Shown one piece after another: positions 46,320-55,007 of a stretch of 64,000 nucleotides of DNA. This DNA is from Acidithiobacillus sp. (GTDB lineage Bacteria; Pseudomonadota; Gammaproteobacteria; Acidithiobacillales; Acidithiobacillaceae). A program made the translations under genes and the position numbers. The stretch lies in assembly GCA_027365525.1 (NCBI GenBank), contig DAHXMJ010000057.1, positions 9,730 through 73,729 of the forward strand, written 5' to 3'. Below the pieces are notes generated by a model. The model saw only the letters and a program-made list of their open reading frames with translations, did not search any database and was not told the DNA's origin. Each line of letters begins with the position of its first letter. Within the stretch, counting starts at the first letter, position 1.

Positions 46320-46842
46320 GCGGGTTCGCTGGCGGGTGGCGGCGGGAGTGCTGGCTGCCCTGCTGCCGACCGCTGTCTGGGCGGTACCCCCTGCCAAGGA
46401 AAAGCTGGGGCGGGGAGCCATTCATATCACCGCCGACCATTTATACGCACAGAACCGACCTACCCAGCAGGCCGTATATACTGGCCATGTGGTGATGACA
46501 CAGGGAGATCTGGTGATTCATGCGGCGAAGCTGACGATTGATGCTGTGAGGGGCAAAGTACAGCAGGCTGTGGCGACCGGGTCACCGGTAGCGCTGACCA
46601 TGTCAAGCGCAGGCCGCCACGGCTATGGAGACATGCTTATCTATCGCCCTGGTTCAGGGATGCTTGTTCTCCGTGGCAATGCCCATTTATGGCAAAAAAA
46701 GAATGAAGTTAGCGGGAAAGAAGTTATATATCTTCTCCATAGCCAGCAGACACAGGTTAATGCTTCTGCAGGGCAGAAAGTCCGTTCGATATTCTACCCG
46801 GCCGCAGCCAACCATTTGGTATCTGCACCTGCCCGGTCATGA
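46309..46842 (+). CDS. lptA: LPS transport periplasmic protein LptA
   Basis: Signal peptide, IHITAD, YTGHVVMTQG, LRGNA. Confidence 0.9.
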   Translation: MFNRRVRWRVAAGVLAALLPTAVWAVPPAKEKLGRGAIHITADHLYAQNRPTQQAVYTGHVVMTQGDLVIHAAKLTIDAVRGKVQQAVATGSPVALTMSSAGRHGYGDMLIYRPGSGMLVLRGNAHLWQKKNEVSGKEVIYLLHSQQTQVNASAGQKVRSIFYPAAANHLVSAPARS

Positions 46843-47564
46843 CCTCATTTCTTAATGCCCATTCCCTCTCAAAAAAATACCGGCGGCGCATGGTGGTTCA
46901 TGATGTTTCGGTTGAAGTCAGGGCGGGAGAGGTTGTCGGGCTGCTGGGGCCCAATGGCGCTGGAAAAACCACAACTTTCTACATGATGGTAGGTCTGGTA
47001 CGCCCGGATAATGGCCACATTTTTCTGGATGGACAGGATGTCACCCGTCTGCCAATGCACCAGCGGGCGCGCATGGGGCTGGGCTATCTTCCGCAGGAAC
47101 CTTCCGTGTTCCGCCAGTTGAGTGCGGCGGACAACATTCTTGCGGTACTGGAGCAGCTTCCGCTTGGCCACGAGGCACGGGTGGAGCGTCTGGAGCAGCT
47201 TCTTGCCGAGCTTCACCTGCAGGGGCTCCGTGATACCCGGGGACATAGTCTTTCTGGTGGCGAGCGGCGGCGTGTAGAAATTGCCAGGGCGCTTTCAATG
47301 AATCCCCGTTTCATTCTATTGGACGAACCCTTCGCAGGAATTGATCCCATTTCTGTTCTGGAAATCCAGCATCTCATTCGGGGGCTCTGTGAACGGGGCA
47401 TCGGCATCCTTATCACTGACCATAATGTCCGGGAAACCCTCGGAATTTGTGAGCGTGCCTATATACTACACGACGGAGGGGTGCTGACGGCTGGTACCCC
47501 GCAAGAAATTGTCGACAATCCCCTGGTGCGGGAAGTCTATCTTGGAGAGCAGTTCAAGATTTAA
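46839..47564 (+). CDS. lptB: LPS export ABC ATPase LptB
   Basis: GPNGAGKTT, YLPQEPSVF, LSGGERRR, DEPFAG, TDHNVRETL. Confidence 0.98.
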   Translation: MTSFLNAHSLSKKYRRRMVVHDVSVEVRAGEVVGLLGPNGAGKTTTFYMMVGLVRPDNGHIFLDGQDVTRLPMHQRARMGLGYLPQEPSVFRQLSAADNILAVLEQLPLGHEARVERLEQLLAELHLQGLRDTRGHSLSGGERRRVEIARALSMNPRFILLDEPFAGIDPISVLEIQHLIRGLCERGIGILITDHNVRETLGICERAYILHDGGVLTAGTPQEIVDNPLVREVYLGEQFKI

Positions 47565-47572
47565 CCAACATT

Positions 47573-49009
47573 ATGAAACAGGGACTGGAACTCAAACTCG
47601 GCCAGCATCTGGCCATGACGCCCCAGCTGCAGCAGGCGATCCGTCTTCTGCAGCTGTCGACTCTGGAGCTCCGTCAGGAAGTGCAAGGAATGCTGGAAAG
47701 CAATCCCCTTCTTGATGAAGAGAACGGTGAGGAACATGGGGGTGATGCGGAGCCACTATCTGCTGCTGGTACAGATACGGACAGACAGCTGGAACTGGAG
47801 CCGGATACCGGAACTGCCCTGCCCGAAGATCTGCCGGTAGACAGTCAGTGGGAGGATGTTTTTGACTTGGGCAGTGCGGGAGCCATAGCCCAGCCGGGAG
47901 CAGACGAAGATCTTCCAGATTTTGAGGCACGCAACAGCCGGGAACAGACCCTCCAAGACTATCTTCGCTGGCAGGCCGATCTTACCCCCTTCAGTGCGGA
48001 AGACCGGGCTATCGCAGAAATGATTATTGATGCCATAGATGAAAGTGGCTATCTGGCAGGTTCGGTAGAAGAATTTGCCGATATTCTTGAAGTGCCGGCA
48101 GATCGTGTGGAAGCGGTCCTCCAGGATGTACAGGATTTTGATCCTCCAGGGGTGGGTGCGCGTGGTTTGGGGGAGTGCCTCTCCCTGCAGCTGCGGCAGA
48201 TACCTGGAGAACCATCCCAGATACTCTTGGCACGGCGTGTTGTAGAGGAGCACCTTGATCTTCTTGCAAAGCATGATTATGCACGTTTGGGGCAGGTTCT
48301 GGCTGTCAATGAAGAGGACCTGCGGGGTGCCCTCCTGCTGATCGGCAGCCTGAATCCAAGACCGGGTGAGGAGATTGGTTCGGTCAGCCCGGAATATGTG
48401 ATTCCGGATGTTACGGTACGGTGGTCTGGCAGGCGCCTTCGTGTTGAACTCAATCTGGAGGCTATGCCCCGGCTGCGGATAAACCGCCGCTATGCTGAGA
48501 TGGCCAGCGGAAAAGATGCTGCCCATCGCTACATACAGGATCAGCTCAACGAAGCCCGCTGGTTCATCAAGAGCCTGCAAAGCCGGCAAGAAACTATTCT
48601 GAAGGTGGCAACAGCAATTGTGGAAAGGCAGCGCGAGTTTTTTTTGCATGGTCCTGAGGCCATGCGTCCGATGGTTCTGAGGGATATTGCAGAAGCTGTG
48701 GAAATGCACGAATCAACCATTTCCCGGGTGACTAACCAGAAATACATGACGACTCCAAGGGGACTTTTTGAGTTTAAGTATTTTTTCTCCAGTCATGTGG
48801 CTACGGATACGGGCGGCGCTGCCTCGGCTACAGCCATCCGGGCAGTCATCCTCAAGCTTGTCCAGTCCGAAGACAGCCGGCATCCCCTGAGCGATGCAGA
48901 AATCGCCAAAATCCTCTCGGAGAAAGGGGTCCAGATTGCACGGCGAACTGTTGCTAAATATCGAGAGGGGGCGAATATACCGGCTGCCAGCCAGCGCCGA
49001 CGTCTGTAA
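47573..49009 (+). CDS. rpoN: RNA polymerase sigma-54 factor
   Basis: MTPQLQQAIRLLQLS, HESTISR, RpoN box ARRTVAKYRE. Confidence 0.99.
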   Translation: MKQGLELKLGQHLAMTPQLQQAIRLLQLSTLELRQEVQGMLESNPLLDEENGEEHGGDAEPLSAAGTDTDRQLELEPDTGTALPEDLPVDSQWEDVFDLGSAGAIAQPGADEDLPDFEARNSREQTLQDYLRWQADLTPFSAEDRAIAEMIIDAIDESGYLAGSVEEFADILEVPADRVEAVLQDVQDFDPPGVGARGLGECLSLQLRQIPGEPSQILLARRVVEEHLDLLAKHDYARLGQVLAVNEEDLRGALLLIGSLNPRPGEEIGSVSPEYVIPDVTVRWSGRRLRVELNLEAMPRLRINRRYAEMASGKDAAHRYIQDQLNEARWFIKSLQSRQETILKVATAIVERQREFFLHGPEAMRPMVLRDIAEAVEMHESTISRVTNQKYMTTPRGLFEFKYFFSSHVATDTGGAASATAIRAVILKLVQSEDSRHPLSDAEIAKILSEKGVQIARRTVAKYREGANIPAASQRRRL

Positions 49010-49122
49010 AACCCTCTTCCTGCCAAAAGGGTTTTTCCTGCCCCGCGCTTGGCGCTACACTGAAACTGGAAAGGCAGTAGCCAATCCTTCAGGAGTTCTC
49101 ACCGCAGTGCTAGGAGATTGCC

Positions 49123-49464
49123 ATGCAAGTACAAATTACTGGGCAGCACCTGGATCTTACCGAAGCCATCAAGCAGTATGTTGATGAAAAAATTGGGCGG
49201 CTGGACCGCTATTTCGATCAGGTTCTCAACGCGCGCGTTGTATTGAAGCATCTGGCCCATGAGAAACTATCCAACGTTGTGGAAATCACCGTTCACGCAT
49301 CCGGGCATGAATTCCATGCTGAGATGCATGATGCAGACATGTATGCAGCCATTGATCTGGTTGCAGACAAGCTTGAGTCGCAGGTGCGGCAGTACAAAGA
49401 CAGACTCCAGAATCACCGGGCAGAACGGCCAGGAGCCTTGGCAGCTGCGCTTGAGGCGGATTAG
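49123..49464 (+). CDS. hpf: Ribosome hibernation promoting factor (short)
   Basis: MQVQITGQHLDLT, DMYAAID; downstream of rpoN. Confidence 0.95.
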   Translation: MQVQITGQHLDLTEAIKQYVDEKIGRLDRYFDQVLNARVVLKHLAHEKLSNVVEITVHASGHEFHAEMHDADMYAAIDLVADKLESQVRQYKDRLQNHRAERPGALAAALEAD

Positions 49465-49470
49465 GCCATT

Positions 49471-49914
49471 ATGCGCAGGCTTCCTCTCGTACCAGAATCC
49501 ATCCGGCTAGATGTGGATGTTCCCGACTCAGGGGCAGCGCTTGCGCTGATCGCCCGCAGCCTGTCTCGGATCTGCGGTGAAGAGGCTTCCCGTATTGAGT
49601 CGGTGCTGCGCGGGAGGGAGTCCCAGGGATCGACCGCACTTGGCTATGGGGTGGCCATCCCCCATGCCCGTCTTGACGGGGTTTCGGGGAGCATTATTGC
49701 GGTACTGCGTACCAAGTGCCCGATACCTTTTGGTGCCCCTGATGGCGATGGCGTCCGCCTTTTTATTGCGGTTCTGGTGCCCGCTTCTGCCATGGCTGAC
49801 CATCTGGAGATTCTTTCTGCTGTTGCTGCACGTCTATCTGACGATAAAACACGGGAAGACCTTTTTGCAGCGGCTGATCCCCAGACTTTTATCCGGATCC
49901 TGACCCAGCCCTGA
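49471..49914 (+). CDS. ptsN: PTS IIA(Ntr)-like protein
   Basis: RESQGSTALGYGVAIPHAR, FGAPDG. Confidence 0.9.
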   Translation: MRRLPLVPESIRLDVDVPDSGAALALIARSLSRICGEEASRIESVLRGRESQGSTALGYGVAIPHARLDGVSGSIIAVLRTKCPIPFGAPDGDGVRLFIAVLVPASAMADHLEILSAVAARLSDDKTREDLFAAADPQTFIRILTQP

Positions 49915-49999
49915 TCCTGCCTGAGAGGACGCTAGCTATCATGCGGAGCCGGATCTGGTATTTTGGGTCTAGCCAAAGCAGACCGGGAAGAAAAGGGAC

Positions 50000-50935
50000 A
50001 TGGAACAGCAAGTATCCTGCGAGCGATGCCTGAAAGAACTCCAGACAGATCTGGAGTGGAAAAGCCTGCGCCTTCCTGATCCGCCATGCATTCTGCGCCC
50101 TGAAGTGCAGGAAGATGAGCCTGGGAACGGTGCTGCACTGGTTGGCTTTCTCAGCACCATACGGGCCCACCGTGTCCAGATTGCAGGTTCAGCAGAGATT
50201 GGTTATCTGGATGCGCATCCGGGAGAATTTGTCAGTTTTCTTACAGATAGGCTGCAGCTGCTGGTTCTGGCAGATGGTGTGGTTCTGGCGGATGGATTCT
50301 GGCAGCAGATTGAGAACCATAAGGTAGCCATTTTTGCAACGCCACAGCCGGCACGGTCTGTTCTGGTACGTGTGCAGCACTATCTTCAGGGCGTGCTGGC
50401 GCCGAAACAGCTGGTTCACGGGGTGCTGGTGGACGTCCTTGGAGTGGGGATCCTGCTCCAGGGGGAAGCAGGTATTGGAAAGAGTGAACTGGCTCTTGAG
50501 CTTGTTAGCAGGAATCACCGGCTAGTGGCGGACGACAGTGTGCTCTGCGTCAGGGAAGCGCCCGAGATTGTAACGGGACACTGTCCGCCGGCCCTGCAGA
50601 ATTTCATGGAGGTCCGGGGCTTGGGGATTGTCAATATTCGTGAGCTGTTCGGTGCGGCTGCCATCGTTAACTCCAAGAGAATCCGCCTAGTGATCGAAAT
50701 TCGCGACATGCAGGAAATGGAAATGGCGGATCTGGATCGCCTCCAGGGGCAGGTCGACCATTTTTCCATTCTTGGAGTCGATTTTGCCCGGCTGCGGTTG
50801 CCCGTGAGTCCTGCGCGCAATCTGGCCGTTCTTGTGGAGGCTGCTGCCCGGCGCCACTATGTGAGGGAATCCGGAACTGACATGCTGGCAGATTTCGATG
50901 CCCAGTTTCGTCTGGCAGTCAATTCTGCCCTATGA
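50000..50935 (+). CDS. hprK: HPr kinase/phosphorylase
   Basis: HGVLV, GEAGIGKSE, HRLVADD, MEVRGLG, RNLAVLVEAA. Confidence 0.95.
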   Translation: MEQQVSCERCLKELQTDLEWKSLRLPDPPCILRPEVQEDEPGNGAALVGFLSTIRAHRVQIAGSAEIGYLDAHPGEFVSFLTDRLQLLVLADGVVLADGFWQQIENHKVAIFATPQPARSVLVRVQHYLQGVLAPKQLVHGVLVDVLGVGILLQGEAGIGKSELALELVSRNHRLVADDSVLCVREAPEIVTGHCPPALQNFMEVRGLGIVNIRELFGAAAIVNSKRIRLVIEIRDMQEMEMADLDRLQGQVDHFSILGVDFARLRLPVSPARNLAVLVEAAARRHYVRESGTDMLADFDAQFRLAVNSAL

Positions 50936-51840
50936 GCCAGCGGGATTTTATCATCGTAAGTGGCCTTTCCGGATCGGGGAAAACGACGGTTCTGCAGTCG
51001 CTGGAAGATCTTGGCTACTACTGTGTCGATAACCTTCCGGCGCCCCTGCTGCTGGATTTCAGCCGCCAGTTGCAGGAGCTTGATCCCACGCATCTGCTCG
51101 CTGCAGTCAGTATTGATGTACGCAACCGCAATTTTCTCATGGCATTCCCAAAAGCACTGGATGAACTCCAGGCGCGCCATGGTCTCCGGCCAAGAATCCT
51201 ATTTTTGGAAGCGGATGAAGGAAGCCTGCTGCGCCGCTACAGTGAAACTCGCCGCCGTCACCCCCTAACTGATGAGGATGCCGGAAGTGGGAGCGTTGGA
51301 GCCGTTGCCCTCCGCACAGTGCTCAACCGTGAACGGGAGATGGTGCAGCAGCTGGCAGAAGTGGCGGATAGACGGCTGGACACTTCCAGCATCAATGCCC
51401 ACGAACTCCGGATTAAGGTGCAGGCCTGGAGTCTTGTAGCCCGGAACTATGGAGGTCTGGTTCTACTCCTGCAGTCTTTTGCTTTCAAGAATGGAGTGCC
51501 ATCCGATTCTGATTTTGTTTTCGATCTGCGAGCGTTGCCCAACCCGCATTATGAACCGGCGCTCCGTGATCTGACAGGAAAAGATAGGGCTGTACAGGAA
51601 TATTTTTTGGCAATGCCAGAAGTGGAAAAGGCATGTGAAAGCCTGCAGGACTTTTTGTCTACCTGGCTGCCATCTTTTGCGCGGGATCACCGCAACTATG
51701 TAACGGTTTCCATAGGATGTACGGGTGGGCGGCACCGCAGCGTGTACATGGTAGAGCAGCTGGCCGGCAGGTTGGCATGTCCAGGCCAGAGAACCCTGGT
51801 CCATCATCGTGAATTGCCCTGGTCACACCCAAAGCCATGA
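50932..51840 (+). CDS. rapZ: RapZ/YvcJ-family P-loop protein
   Basis: SGLSGSGKT, CVDNLP, RRYSETRRRHPL, GCTGGRHRSV. Confidence 0.96.
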   Translation: MSQRDFIIVSGLSGSGKTTVLQSLEDLGYYCVDNLPAPLLLDFSRQLQELDPTHLLAAVSIDVRNRNFLMAFPKALDELQARHGLRPRILFLEADEGSLLRRYSETRRRHPLTDEDAGSGSVGAVALRTVLNREREMVQQLAEVADRRLDTSSINAHELRIKVQAWSLVARNYGGLVLLLQSFAFKNGVPSDSDFVFDLRALPNPHYEPALRDLTGKDRAVQEYFLAMPEVEKACESLQDFLSTWLPSFARDHRNYVTVSIGCTGGRHRSVYMVEQLAGRLACPGQRTLVHHRELPWSHPKP

Positions 51841-52241
51841 ACGATATTCTGCTGCTGACCCATGCCGGTTTTGCGAGTGCGCTTTGGGAGATTGCGGTGC
51901 ATATTTACGGCTCTCCGCCGGAAGGTGTGAGTCTGCTGGAAATTTCATCCGATTCGGATATCGAGCAGATCCGCTGCCGCCTGGGGGAGAAAATCCGTTC
52001 TATGGAGCCAGGGAAAGGCCTGTTGATCCTGAATGACGTATACGGCGCAACACCCGCAAACCTGCTGCAGGAATGGCTGGCGGCAGAATGTGTTATGGCT
52101 ATAACAGGCTTAAACCTCCCCATGTTCATGCGCGTCCTTTCCAGACGAAATCTCCCGCTTGCGGAGATGGCACAGGCTGGTCTGGCTGGAGCTGTGGCGG
52201 GAATTTTTCTGGTGGGTGCTAATATTCCTGCCAGAAAGTAG
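51837..52241 (+). CDS. PTS IIA component, mannose/fructose family
   Basis: ILLLTH phospho-His region, LNDVYGATPAN, GLNLPM. Confidence 0.88.
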   Translation: MNDILLLTHAGFASALWEIAVHIYGSPPEGVSLLEISSDSDIEQIRCRLGEKIRSMEPGKGLLILNDVYGATPANLLQEWLAAECVMAITGLNLPMFMRVLSRRNLPLAEMAQAGLAGAVAGIFLVGANIPARK

Positions 52242-52421
52242 TCTTTATTTGATTTATTTGCATGGATGCATATTGAGTTGTGGCAGAATATTGACCTAAA
52301 ATAGTAGGGCGGTGTGCTATGTACCCCATAAGGATGATTTCCGGTGCGGGGAAGCATGGTGTACCGAGGTTTCAGACTACACTTTTAGATGCTCGTTATC
52401 TTACCCAATAAGGAGACTGCT

Positions 52422-52727
52422 ATGAGCAAGTTCACCACCACATTGAAAGTGGCGGCCCTGGTTCTTCCCCTGGGTCTGGCCGGATGTGCTACCAACTCTG
52501 CGCTGGAAAAGGTCGCTGCCAAGGCGAACACAGCCCAGTCCACTGCCAACGAAGCCCTGGCTAAGGCCAACAATGCCCAGAATACCGCTAATGAAGCTCT
52601 TAGCAAGGCCAATGCCGCACAGAGCACTGCTGACCAGGCCATGAGCACCGCCAACGCTGCAAACCAGAAAGCTACAGAAGCTAACGCCAAGGTTGAGCGG
52701 ATGTTCAAGAAGTCAATGATGAAATAA
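52422..52727 (+). CDS. Lpp/OprI-like alanine-zipper outer-membrane lipoprotein
   Basis: AAGGAG RBS, lipobox LAGC, Ala-rich heptads, ERMFKKSMMK end with a C-terminal Lys. Confidence 0.9.
   Translation: MSKFTTTLKVAALVLPLGLAGCATNSALEKVAAKANTAQSTANEALAKANNAQNTANEALSKANAAQSTADQAMSTANAANQKATEANAKVERMFKKSMMK
52524..52691 (+). repeat. Four imperfect 42-nt (14-aa) tandem repeats inside the lipoprotein
   Basis: ANTAQSTANEALAK / ANNAQNTANEALSK / ANAAQSTADQAMST / ANAANQKATEANAK. Confidence 0.85.
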
Positions 52728-52750
52728 GGACAGGAAATTCAGCTTCCTGG

Positions 52751-52775
52751 ATCCCGCTTCGGCGGGGTTTTTTTT
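52751..52775 (+). terminator. Intrinsic terminator of the lipoprotein gene
   Basis: CCCGC-TTCG-GCGGG hairpin followed by a T8 tract. Confidence 0.9.
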
Positions 52776-52856
52776 GTTCTGTTCTGCCGTAATGGAATAA
52801 TGGAAGCTGGATCCTACAGTCTCGCTGCGGCACGCACAGACGTGTTGCCAAACCGG

Positions 52857-52907
52857 AATCTTTATAAAAAACATTCAGATTGCATCCGAATGTTTTTTAT
52901 AAAGATT
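52857..52907. repeat. AT-rich inverted repeat with perfect 20-bp arms
   Basis: AATCTTTATAAAAAACATTC-agattgcatcc-GAATGTTTTTTATAAAGATT. Confidence 0.9.
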
Positions 52908-53474
52908 TTTTTCAACAAAAAGAATGCCCTTTCCTTGGCTATAATGAACTTTCGGTGGGCCAGCTAGTGGGAAGGGTGATGCTGTACCCAGCATAGTGAT
53001 GGCGACCATGACATCTCCTTGGATTTATGGTTGGGGAACGGCAGTTGTGCAGTCAATAAATATTTCTAGCGCCGTGGTTGCCTCCTAGAACGGAGTTGTC
53101 ACCCGGTGGGTCTTTTTGCAGTGCCATTAACACATGTGATCCATCTGCTCCCATGCCCCGCTGCACCATGGGTATGCAGGGTGGCGCAGGCCAACTGGAG
53201 GCAGCTACTACCATGTATAGCTGAGCTGCGCCATCGGAAAACGCTGCTGTGGCGGGCGGTGTACCCTTGAGGGGCATGGTCGGGAGTGGAGTGGGGCGGC
53301 TGTTCTGTGGGGATCTCATTCTGTCCATATGCCCCTGAAAAACATCAGATAGACTAGTGGAATGAGCTGATCTGGCCGTTTAATATAAGAAAATATAGAT
53401 ATTTTTACATTATGGAAAATAATCTAATAATCAAAAAAATAAATATTAATATATTGTCTGCTTTCTATGAACGT

Positions 53475-53502
53475 TTGACAAAGAAAAAAACACTGCTATC
53501 GT
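53475..53502 (+). promoter_or_regulatory. Putative sigma70 promoter of the acoP-cox operon
   Basis: TTGACA-16 nt-TATCGT with an extended TGn, preceded by a very AT-rich tract (about 53380-53470). Confidence 0.65.
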
Positions 53503-53622
53503 ACGCAATGGCTGGATAAAAAGTGTTATTGGTATGATAATCCTTCACTAGAAGGCGAAAAGGTACGGATGGCCTTGGGATTGTCCGTGAGAAATAGAGC
53601 TGTAGTGTAGAGGAGAGAGGAA

Positions 53623-54168
53623 ATGGCAGCAAAAGGAACCGTTACGGTGCTAGTGAGTGCCGTGGTCTGCGCAGCTGTCGTCTTTGGCGCGGTAAAGTGG
53701 GAGGACAGTGTTGCACTGCCGACTTCCGCGGGCCAAATGGTTGACGGCGTGCACCATTTTACAATTAATGAGTTCAATTACCGTTTTGTACCAACCCACA
53801 TGGTGTGGCATGTTGGCGAAAAGGTTTCTCTGACCATCATGAACCGGTCCCAGTCCCAGCCACCTATCGCGCACCAGTTTTCTCTGGGACGTGGCCTGGA
53901 AACACGGAACAACGGTTTTCCCGGGCAGCCTCTTGCCGTGGGCTGGAAGCACGATTTCTTTGATAATGTTCCCGTTACGATCGATGGGCAGACCTCGCCA
54001 ATTCCCTCGTTTTCAGTCAGTCTTGAGGGTGGACAGAAGTTCCATTTCACCTTTGTAGTACCAAACAAGCCCGGGAAATGGGACTACGGCTGCTTTCTGC
54101 AGACGGGTCAACACTTCATGAATGGAATGCGTGGTCACGTGACAATCCTGCCCGCGCAGGGCGCCTGA
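53623..54168 (+). CDS. acoP: AcoP/Cup membrane-anchored cupredoxin (cytochrome c oxidase partner)
   Basis: N-terminal TM; PPIAHQFS and GCFLQTGQHFMNGM type-1 Cu ligands (His, Cys, His, Met); closely resembles recalled A. ferrooxidans AcoP. Confidence 0.93.
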   Translation: MAAKGTVTVLVSAVVCAAVVFGAVKWEDSVALPTSAGQMVDGVHHFTINEFNYRFVPTHMVWHVGEKVSLTIMNRSQSQPPIAHQFSLGRGLETRNNGFPGQPLAVGWKHDFFDNVPVTIDGQTSPIPSFSVSLEGGQKFHFTFVVPNKPGKWDYGCFLQTGQHFMNGMRGHVTILPAQGA

Positions 54169-54185
54169 TGTCTGGGGAGACGGCG

Positions 54186-54956
54186 ATGAACGCAAAAGAA
54201 AATCTCTGGCGTGCCTTTGGCGAGCTGGTAGTGGTATGGGTTATTGGCCTGGTGATTGCCGAGGGCTTGGCTGCGTGGATGGTAGCAAGCTGGCCTGTAC
54301 TTGGATCAGTAGAGGCCCATGTTACAGGTGATGCCACGACTTATCTGATATGGCAGACTTCTGCCATTTTTGCACTTGTGGGCGGAGCAATCATCTATAG
54401 TGCCTTCCGGTTCCGTGCCAAGTCCATGGACGATACGGCAGCCCCATATTACCAGCGGCGCTCGTGGAAACCATTTGCGATTACCTGGCTTGTTGTTTCG
54501 ATCGCGATCAACCTTGCCAACACGATCTATCCCGGCATGGTAGGCTTGGAAGACCTGTGGGGTGCGCAGCTGCAGACGGAGCACAACAAAAATGCCCTGC
54601 TGGTGGATGTTACCGCGCAGCAGTGGAAATGGAGCTTCTCCTATCCAAAACTTGGGATCAGCGACGTTTCCAAGCTGGTGGTGCCGGTGAACCAGCCCAT
54701 TGAGTTCGTGCTGCGGACCAAGGACGTGATCCATGACTTCTGGGTGCCAGCATGGGGTATCAAGAAGGATGTTATCCCCAATGAGGTGCGCCACCTGTTC
54801 ATCACGCCGACTGTTGTTGGTTCTACGGCAACCAATCCGATGATCCGGGTACAGTGTACGATGATCTGTGGCAATGGGCACCCGATGATGCGTGCTCCGG
54901 TGAAGGTGATTACGCCGGCCCAGTTCAAGCAGTGGGCGTCGGCCAACTCGCTCTAA
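54186..54956 (+). CDS. coxB: Cytochrome c oxidase subunit II (CuA)
   Basis: AQQWKWSFSY, DVIHDFWVP, CTMICGNGHPMM CuA motif; no fused cytochrome c domain. Confidence 0.95.
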   Translation: MNAKENLWRAFGELVVVWVIGLVIAEGLAAWMVASWPVLGSVEAHVTGDATTYLIWQTSAIFALVGGAIIYSAFRFRAKSMDDTAAPYYQRRSWKPFAITWLVVSIAINLANTIYPGMVGLEDLWGAQLQTEHNKNALLVDVTAQQWKWSFSYPKLGISDVSKLVVPVNQPIEFVLRTKDVIHDFWVPAWGIKKDVIPNEVRHLFITPTVVGSTATNPMIRVQCTMICGNGHPMMRAPVKVITPAQFKQWASANSL

Positions 54957-55007
54957 GGGCCCTTTGCCGACAGAAGTACAGAACAAGAGAGAAACAGGAG
55001 GACGTTT

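Noticed and set aside
53053-53328. 91-aa minus-strand ORF as a divergent regulator or cytochrome
   Set aside because: No RBS, HTH or intact CxxCH, and the composition looks random.
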